From Thermococcus kodakarensis KOD1 (lineage in GTDB: Archaea; Methanobacteriota_B; Thermococci; Thermococcales; Thermococcaceae): 32,000 bases of DNA. This document shows positions 16,656 to 23,029 of the stretch, piece after piece. The notes beneath the pieces were generated by a model. That model did not search any database, was not told the DNA's origin, and worked only from the letters and a program-made list of their open reading frames with translations. The translations under genes were made by a program, and so were the position numbers. How positions within the stretch are numbered: the stretch's first letter is position 1; each line of letters opens with the position of its first letter. The stretch covers positions 1,500,001-1,532,000 of the forward strand of contig NC_006624.1 of the NCBI RefSeq assembly GCF_000009965.1, in the 5' to 3' direction.

Positions 16656-17666
16656 TTGATCCAAAAAGAGGCCATTCCCAAACTAATTACTATAGAGACA
16701 AATAAAGAGATAATCCCAGGGTTTTCAATTTCGCCTTTTTTAGTAGATGCCAAGGACACCACAGAAAAAACACCATTCTGGTTCAGATTTCAAGTGGATT
16801 CTAAGTTTCATATTAACAAACATGATGTCGTTAAAGTATTTGATAGATTTATGCTTCTAAGAGATGGTTCTATATACTACTCCAATCACATACTTCCAAA
16901 AATCATGCTTAATTTGGTATTTAGACCCAATACTAATGAGATTCAAGTTAATCCCACATACTTCTTATTAGTAAAAGAGAAGATTGGATCGGCATATCCA
17001 CCTGGAGTATTGTTATTAGATTATGTCTTTGTTGAACTTCTTGTGCGTAACTTCTTTGTATTACATGCTAGCGGTATTTCGGATAATGATGGTGCATATT
17101 TATTTATTGCTCCTCCAAATACGGGTAAGACCACTACTGTGTTACAATTTCTAAATAATCATAAAAATTTATTATACGTCGGAGAAGACACTGTGATCAT
17201 AGATGCTAAACGGAATTTTGTATACCCTACACCTCATACTTCAACTTTCTTCCATCATGAAACTCGCTTTGGGCATATTGAAGGACTATTTCGTGTAAAA
17301 TATAAACCAACAGGAAGATCCCTTTTTAGGGGTAGAATACTAGATACTCCTCAGAATATTTCCTCAATATTTTTACTTCAGAAAGGAATAGATGACAAAA
17401 TTATTCCCTTAGAGGATGTTGACCATAGATATATTATGAAAATACTACTTTCAATTCAACGGTACGAATTTTCCTGGTTCAAAAACCCTTTGCTACGTGC
17501 ATCATCCTTTTTATTAGATGATTGGTACAACCTTGATGAATTACTAAACAAAGAAGAAGAACTTCTTTGGAAACTATTAAAACGAAACCAAGTTTTTTTA
17601 GTTCGCAGTTCAAATAGTTTTCGATTTTATAACATAATAAGAGATCATTTAGATATAAAACCGTAG
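16656..17666 (+). CDS. P-loop protein resembling HPr kinase-related kinases (HprK C-terminal-like fold); function unknown
   Basis: LHASGISDNDGAYLFIAPPNTGKTTTVLQFL...LLYVGEDTVIID has the HprK-type arrangement: LHA, strand, Walker A (APPNTGKT), helix, then an acidic xxED/DD. There is no ATG near the 5' end. TTG 16656 lies 2 nt after the upstream stop and follows AAGGGGGGT; TTG 16602 is the longest option. Confidence 0.5.
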   Translation: MIQKEAIPKLITIETNKEIIPGFSISPFLVDAKDTTEKTPFWFRFQVDSKFHINKHDVVKVFDRFMLLRDGSIYYSNHILPKIMLNLVFRPNTNEIQVNPTYFLLVKEKIGSAYPPGVLLLDYVFVELLVRNFFVLHASGISDNDGAYLFIAPPNTGKTTTVLQFLNNHKNLLYVGEDTVIIDAKRNFVYPTPHTSTFFHHETRFGHIEGLFRVKYKPTGRSLFRGRILDTPQNISSIFLLQKGIDDKIIPLEDVDHRYIMKILLSIQRYEFSWFKNPLLRASSFLLDDWYNLDELLNKEEELLWKLLKRNQVFLVRSSNSFRFYNIIRDHLDIKP

Positions 17667-17682
17667 TAAACAGGGGGTAAAT

Positions 17683-20600
17683 ATGGAAAGGATGCGTTAT
17701 ACATATCTACGAGTTGGTTTTATATACGCACTAGTGTCTTTCCTCTCAAATGCTTACTATATTTTTTCTCCAGGCGTTATCGGATTTAGACATGACTGGA
17801 GAATCCCGTACCTCCCTGGCCAAGTGTGGGACAGGTTTTTTGAAGCAATATTTACTTGGAATTCTATCTCTGGTAGGGGGGTGTCGGGAGTTCCAAACAC
17901 TTTATTATATGAAAGACTCTTTGAGCTCGCACTAGCAGTTTTGGTCAGATTTAATGGTGAGGTATTATCAAAGATTATTGTTCCGATTATTATGTTGGTT
18001 TCTGCTTTGACCATGTTCTATTTAGGCAAGGTACTAAGATTCTCTAGTAAGTCCGCATTCTTTATGGGTCTTTTCTATATGTTGACTCCTGTACTTTATA
18101 ATAGAATCATAGCTGGATATCATCTCTATAATTTTGCATATGCAATCTCACCATTGTTTTTTGCATTTTTACACAAATATGTTTATTACAAACAAAGATG
18201 TTCATATATTCTCACAGCCGCATTAGTATTTGGCATGTCGGCTGTTCAAGTGCAGTTTCCCCCAATGTTAGCGTTTATGGCGGCTCTGTACTTGTTGATA
18301 TTTGCTATATCAAAAAGAAACTACTCCTCACTTATAATATCATTAAAAGCCATCGCTATTCTTATAGTGCTATTTATCATACTTAACTCTTTTTGGATTT
18401 TAACAATGTTTATGAATCCAGGATCTAAACTTGTGATAAATAAAGCAGCACCAATTGATTATCATGAAATTATGAACGCTCCTAAGCTTCTTCCAGCATT
18501 TTTAATGACTGGATATAGTCATGTTTATGATCCATTTTATCTCTATACTCACAATAAACTGCCCAGTTTAGTCATATACTCTCTGTTATCCTTGTCAATT
18601 CTTTCACTTATAGCAAGCATCTTTGCTATTAACAAAAAAGAGCAAGCATATCTCGCTGTGTACTCACTCTCATTGCTTTCTATTGGATTATTCTTTGTGT
18701 CTGCTCTAAACGGACCATTCCCCCAATTGTGGAAACTTCTCTACCTTAAAATTCCAATTCTTTCAGTATTTCGTGAGGTATATCATTCAATGTTTATAGT
18801 AACATTTGCATATACTTTACTTGTTGGAATGCTCATAGAAGAGCTTCACAAGAAACTCTCCTCTCCTAGATCGAAAAATCTATTAGTAGTGATATTATTG
18901 TTTATAATTCTATCTTCTGGATACCCTTCGTTAAATTCGTTTATGCATCAATTAAACGTATTAAATTATGGGAACAGCGACATTGAGGTGTATAATTTTC
19001 TGAAAAATGAATCAGGGATATATCGCGTAGTTTATGTACCATCCTTAAGCCCTATAAGATACCCTACTATAAATCGGGGCTCTGTGGACTTGATGATTAA
19101 ATATAGCCCAAAACCAACGTTTCCACAGCATGTGACTAGGGTATTCCCTTCCGAAGGGATTTTACAATATTATGTGTTGACCTCAATTGAACACCCTGAA
19201 AGAATAGAGAATATTCATGAATTACTCGGAAAGATCAGTGTAAAATATATAATTTGTAGACCCAATTGTACATCCTATTACCCATATTACGTTCCAATGT
19301 TGAGATACCTCCAAAAAGTTTATGGTAGTACTATACTATACCACCGCTGGTTTAATACAAGCCTTCGATGTGACAATATAAAACATAGGGGACAAATATT
19401 GAACTTTAACAACATAAATTTAGTTCAGATAGATAATTCTCCGTTTATCAATGTAGGCGGGACTCCTTTGGTTTTCTCTTCATTTGACGATTTGTTGTCC
19501 GGAGTTCGTTATTTAGATAATAATTTTGCAATAATTTTGAATGTCCATTTAAGAGAATTTCCACTTATTAATAATATCAGCAACACATTTGTATTCACTA
19601 ACGAACCCTTGTATGATTTATACTTGATGGACTCCTATTTGAGCACTACTTTATTTGTAACGCCAAACGCACCAAACAACAGACCTGAGAAGAGCTGGGC
19701 AACTGATTTGCTTAGTTGGTATATTAATCCCTCCATTGCTATAGCCCCTCTCTATGGAGAAAATACAGTACTCACGTGGGCCCCTCCCACGGCAGATTTA
19801 CCGGAAAACATGCCTATATCCAATTTAATTGCCAGTTGGGACTTTACATCCCAAGATCAAGTTAAAGCATGGGAAAATGTCACTCCAAAAATCCAGTTTA
19901 GTGCTATTCAAACAATTTCATGGGACGAAAGTGTGCAAGCTCTTAGAGCAGAACTTTACAATTCAACTTGGGTCTGGAAGACAATTAGATCCCCTCTGAT
20001 TCCGGTTAAATATGATCACGTCTACAGATTTATGTTTAAAGTTAAAGGTCAAAATACTAATGTAGTTCATGCTTATGTTAAAGAATATGATGTCAATAAA
20101 ACGCTGATCAAAGGCTCTTTCTTATATTACCCTTTTATAGGTGATGGAACTTTCAACTGGAAAACAATTTCTTTCAACTACCAGCCCCAAAGTGAAGATA
20201 CCCGCTATATCCAACTCCAGATATGGCATGGCCACGAAACAGATAAACCGCTACCTAACATAATCTGGATAGATGACGTGAAAGTCTATGACATAACAAA
20301 CTATACCAAACCCGTAACTCTGGACATTCCCTTCAAAGTCGATAAAACTGACAATTACAAGCTTTTCATCCGCTACTTTAAGAACCAGAAGGGCGGCGCA
20401 ATAAGGGTTTATTTAGATGGAACTCCAATTTATATCAAGACCAAAGACCAGCTTAACAAATTCGTTTGGGAAGATCTAGGAACATTCAAGCTTGAAAAAG
20501 GAAAACACAAGATAGTCCTTGAGAACGTTAGGGGATTTAACGCAGTTAATCTATTTGCGTTGATACCTGAAAAAGAGTACAATAAAGCAAGAAAAGAGGC

Positions 20601-21411
20601 CATAGAACTATTGCAGAACAAAACCATAATATATCTCTTCGAAGCAGAATCCGATTTATACAGGGAAAACACCGAGATTATAAAAGACTTCAACGCAAGT
20701 AACGGAGAGGCCATAAAATTCGACCAGAAGGGAAAAGCATGGCAAAACGTGGAGATAGTGAAAAACAGTACCTACAGACTTGCATTAAAGGGCAATGGTA
20801 CATTTAATATATCCATAGGAGACTATAAGTATGTTTTAACTGTAAACAATTCAACATTTGAATATACCCCACTGTTCTACTTGAGAAATGGAGAATACAA
20901 ATTAGAAATAACCCCTACATCAAAGGACGCCCTCTTGGACGTGGTCTGGCTCTACTCAACTGATAAAAACGAAACACTCGAAGAACTCTTCCAAACAAAT
21001 GAAACTCCCGCCACAGTCCAGGACTACACAAAGGTCAACCCAACCCTCTGGAAGGTCAAAGTCAACGCAACAAAGCCCTTCATGTTAACCTTCGCCGAAT
21101 CCTATGATCCGCTGTGGGAGGCGAGAGTTTACAAGGATGGCAAACTCGTGGAAAAAGTCTCCCCAGTTCCGGTATACGGAGTCATCAACGGCTTCTGGAT
21201 TAATCAGACAGGGGACCTTGAAATAGTCCTGAGATACACTCCTCAGGACTGGTTCGAGAGGGGACTGATGGTATCCTTAACAACTTTCCTCCTCAGTGTA
21301 TTCTACATCTTCTACGACTGGAGAAGAGAAAAGGGGGACAAATGGGCCAAGAGGCTAGAGAAGAAGTTCAAAAAACTAACCAGCAAAGTTAAACGAAAAT
21401 TAAGCCCTTAA
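17683..21411 (+). CDS. Giant (1242 aa) membrane protein, GT-C-like (YfhO/AftD-like), with a large extracytoplasmic region and a C-terminal TM anchor
   Basis: The N-terminal roughly 420 aa has many TM segments, with an acidic first loop (GFRHDWRIPYLPGQVWDRF). The central part has jelly-roll/CBM-like signatures (FNWKTISFNY...IIWIDDVKVYD). The C-terminal block SYDPLWEARVYKDGKLV...VNGFWINQTGDLEIVLRYTPQDWFERGLMVSLTTFLL resembles the conserved end of YfhO/AftD-type GT-C enzymes. The protein ends in a basic tail. The CDS itself is near certain; the function is inferred. Confidence 0.6.
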   Translation: MERMRYTYLRVGFIYALVSFLSNAYYIFSPGVIGFRHDWRIPYLPGQVWDRFFEAIFTWNSISGRGVSGVPNTLLYERLFELALAVLVRFNGEVLSKIIVPIIMLVSALTMFYLGKVLRFSSKSAFFMGLFYMLTPVLYNRIIAGYHLYNFAYAISPLFFAFLHKYVYYKQRCSYILTAALVFGMSAVQVQFPPMLAFMAALYLLIFAISKRNYSSLIISLKAIAILIVLFIILNSFWILTMFMNPGSKLVINKAAPIDYHEIMNAPKLLPAFLMTGYSHVYDPFYLYTHNKLPSLVIYSLLSLSILSLIASIFAINKKEQAYLAVYSLSLLSIGLFFVSALNGPFPQLWKLLYLKIPILSVFREVYHSMFIVTFAYTLLVGMLIEELHKKLSSPRSKNLLVVILLFIILSSGYPSLNSFMHQLNVLNYGNSDIEVYNFLKNESGIYRVVYVPSLSPIRYPTINRGSVDLMIKYSPKPTFPQHVTRVFPSEGILQYYVLTSIEHPERIENIHELLGKISVKYIICRPNCTSYYPYYVPMLRYLQKVYGSTILYHRWFNTSLRCDNIKHRGQILNFNNINLVQIDNSPFINVGGTPLVFSSFDDLLSGVRYLDNNFAIILNVHLREFPLINNISNTFVFTNEPLYDLYLMDSYLSTTLFVTPNAPNNRPEKSWATDLLSWYINPSIAIAPLYGENTVLTWAPPTADLPENMPISNLIASWDFTSQDQVKAWENVTPKIQFSAIQTISWDESVQALRAELYNSTWVWKTIRSPLIPVKYDHVYRFMFKVKGQNTNVVHAYVKEYDVNKTLIKGSFLYYPFIGDGTFNWKTISFNYQPQSEDTRYIQLQIWHGHETDKPLPNIIWIDDVKVYDITNYTKPVTLDIPFKVDKTDNYKLFIRYFKNQKGGAIRVYLDGTPIYIKTKDQLNKFVWEDLGTFKLEKGKHKIVLENVRGFNAVNLFALIPEKEYNKARKEAIELLQNKTIIYLFEAESDLYRENTEIIKDFNASNGEAIKFDQKGKAWQNVEIVKNSTYRLALKGNGTFNISIGDYKYVLTVNNSTFEYTPLFYLRNGEYKLEITPTSKDALLDVVWLYSTDKNETLEELFQTNETPATVQDYTKVNPTLWKVKVNATKPFMLTFAESYDPLWEARVYKDGKLVEKVSPVPVYGVINGFWINQTGDLEIVLRYTPQDWFERGLMVSLTTFLLSVFYIFYDWRREKGDKWAKRLEKKFKKLTSKVKRKLSP

Positions 21412-21545
21412 CTAGAGAAAGTTTCGGGTCACGAGTTCAGCTTTGTGAAACTTTTCACGTTGATATTTCAAGAACAATAAACAGACTGAAGATTTGTAAA
21501 AAATTTAATAAATCCCATAGGAGATACTCAGATCGGGGAAATCAC

Positions 21546-22403
21546 ATGACGGATAAAATATTGTCTGCAGACTCAAAGTCACTTGTTATTGTACGTAAAA
21601 AGCAGTTTAAGGCAAACATTGGTGTCGCTTTATTGTTCGAAGACCCCAAAAAATTCAAAGAGAATTACATCAACTATTTTGAGAGCCTTAAAGGTAATCT
21701 CAACACTAAGAATCCAAGATACGTATTCAAAAGCAAAGACATAAAGTCGCTCTTTGGTCATGATAAATCTAACGAAATTATAGAGGACTTTGTTTCCCTA
21801 ATCAATGAATCTAAAGTCACCGTTAGTTTTGTGTTCTCTATATTCAACACGAAGCGTTTAAGGGAGGTTAAATATTACTCCAAGGACAATACAGTAAAGA
21901 CGGAAAAGCCCATGAAGTTTATAGACAAGCTAACGAGTTATTTCTCATACATAACCGCATGGAAATCAATAAGAGAGCTTGGACTTAACGGCATCAAAGT
22001 TTATCTGGACAATTTCGATGAACAGGAATATACCTACGCATGGGATGATATAACAGTATCTAACCGGCCAGTTATCTTCCCAAAGGGGGATCAAGTTAAT
22101 CTTTTTATCTCCACTGCAGACATCATAGTCGAATACGTTTATAGGAAAATTATGGAACAAAACATCCGCCTGGGAGTTAGAGAGATGTATGAGCTTAATG
22201 AAAAGCACTTAGGTCTTGATAATTTTAAAGTATCTTATAGTGGAAACAGAGATGTTAAATACCTAGCACCATATTCACACAGGAAGATTCCAATTAGAGA
22301 CTACCTCGCAAGACCAATGCTTTATGTTTTAACCGAAGGATTAATTGGGAAAGGAAGAAAGAACAGTTATAGAGAATTCCCCGTCCTTCCAATATCTTCT
22401 TAG
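21546..22403 (+). CDS. Hypothetical protein, first part of a probably frameshifted gene
   Basis: 285 aa AT-rich ORF with no motif I can assign securely. There is a weak DUF3800-like pattern (ALLFED near the N-terminus; GDQVNLFISTADIIVEYVYRKI later). TATA-like TTTAATAA lies at 21504-21511. Confidence 0.6.
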   Translation: MTDKILSADSKSLVIVRKKQFKANIGVALLFEDPKKFKENYINYFESLKGNLNTKNPRYVFKSKDIKSLFGHDKSNEIIEDFVSLINESKVTVSFVFSIFNTKRLREVKYYSKDNTVKTEKPMKFIDKLTSYFSYITAWKSIRELGLNGIKVYLDNFDEQEYTYAWDDITVSNRPVIFPKGDQVNLFISTADIIVEYVYRKIMEQNIRLGVREMYELNEKHLGLDNFKVSYSGNRDVKYLAPYSHRKIPIRDYLARPMLYVLTEGLIGKGRKNSYREFPVLPISS

Positions 22404-22611
22404 ATTTGCCTCCGATATTGGGGGAGGGTTGAAATTTATATCGCTTGAAAAAGATGCCTATAATATAAGAGAGAATGATATTATTGTTTGCTTCGGAGAT
22501 GAAAGCAAGAAAAGAGCTGAGTATCTTAAAAAAGTACTTAAATATCCAATAGAGATACATTCTATATTGGAAATCATTGAACGCTACGAGACAAACGCTA
22601 ACGGGGTCTGA
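22345..22611 (+). CDS. Hypothetical 88 aa ORF, likely the C-terminal continuation of 21546-22403 in another frame
   Basis: It overlaps the upstream ORF by 59 nt. It has no ATG (TTG 22345 only), and a TAA lies immediately upstream in its frame. This is consistent with an indel between 22348 and 22400. An independent TTG start after GAAGGA cannot be excluded. Confidence 0.4.
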   Translation: MGKEERTVIENSPSFQYLLRFASDIGGGLKFISLEKDAYNIRENDIIVCFGDESKKRAEYLKKVLKYPIEIHSILEIIERYETNANGV

Positions 22612-22649
22612 CCGATAGATTTTTATACCTGAAGATTAAACGTCATAAT

Positions 22650-22857
22650 GAGGGTGCACTCCCGGTAGGGAGTGTGCCCGTTATCTGATCTCATATCCCC
22701 GTACTTTCTATTGTTTTATAAATGGTCTGTTCTCAAAGACTCTCCCAGAAGCAAATATCCCCGGTAAGTGAAGCCTGATCCCCTTCCGCCCCGAAGGGTG
22801 AGGCTTTCAAAAGAAAAAAGTAAATGAACAAAGAAGCTAGTCATCCGCCGGTTTTTT
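22650..22857 (+). ncRNA. Candidate structured small RNA(s) of unknown class
   Basis: TATA-like TTTTTATA (22620-22627) sits about 25 nt upstream of a 12-bp hairpin: GGGTGCACTCCC (22652-22663), loop GGTA, GGGAGTGTGCCC (22668-22679). The hairpin contains two G-U pairs, so it is fully paired only on the plus strand. A second composite hairpin pairs AAGCCT/AGGCTT plus CCCTTC/GAAGGG (22771-22806). A T6 run lies at 22852-22857. There is no ORF of 60 aa or more on either strand. Confidence 0.3.
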
Positions 22858-23029
22858 ACGCTGATCTAGCGATAGAACGTTAGTATCACCAGAGATCTCG
22901 TGTTTCTTCTATCCCTATCTGTTTCTTTTCTTCCCAAAATCTCCCACATTAAGAAAATTTTAAAGCTCATGACCAAAATTGGGACATAAAGACTTATGCA
23001 AGAATCAAAGACTTTAATAGGTGAATCCT

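Noticed and set aside
17683-21411. The giant membrane protein as a second oligosaccharyltransferase
   Set aside because: No WWDYG, DK/MI or TIXE-like motifs were found in the translation. The C-terminal block resembles YfhO/AftD-type enzymes instead.
21417-21454. Hairpin (AAAGTTTC ... GAAACTTT) after the giant gene as a terminator
   Set aside because: The stem is only 8 bp and AT-rich, with a 21-nt loop. This is weak at hyperthermophilic temperatures, and archaeal termination does not require hairpins, so I did not list it as a feature.
22640-22690. C/D-box sRNA interpretation of the first hairpin region (AATGAGG ... CTGA)
   Set aside because: The putative C box deviates from RUGAUGA. There is no C'/D' pair, and a 12-bp internal stem is not the C/D sRNA architecture.
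22884-22900. Possible Thermococcales glycolytic motif (TATCAC-N5-GTGATA)
   Set aside because: Only the TATCAC half-site is present. The second half reads ATCTCG, which has too many mismatches.
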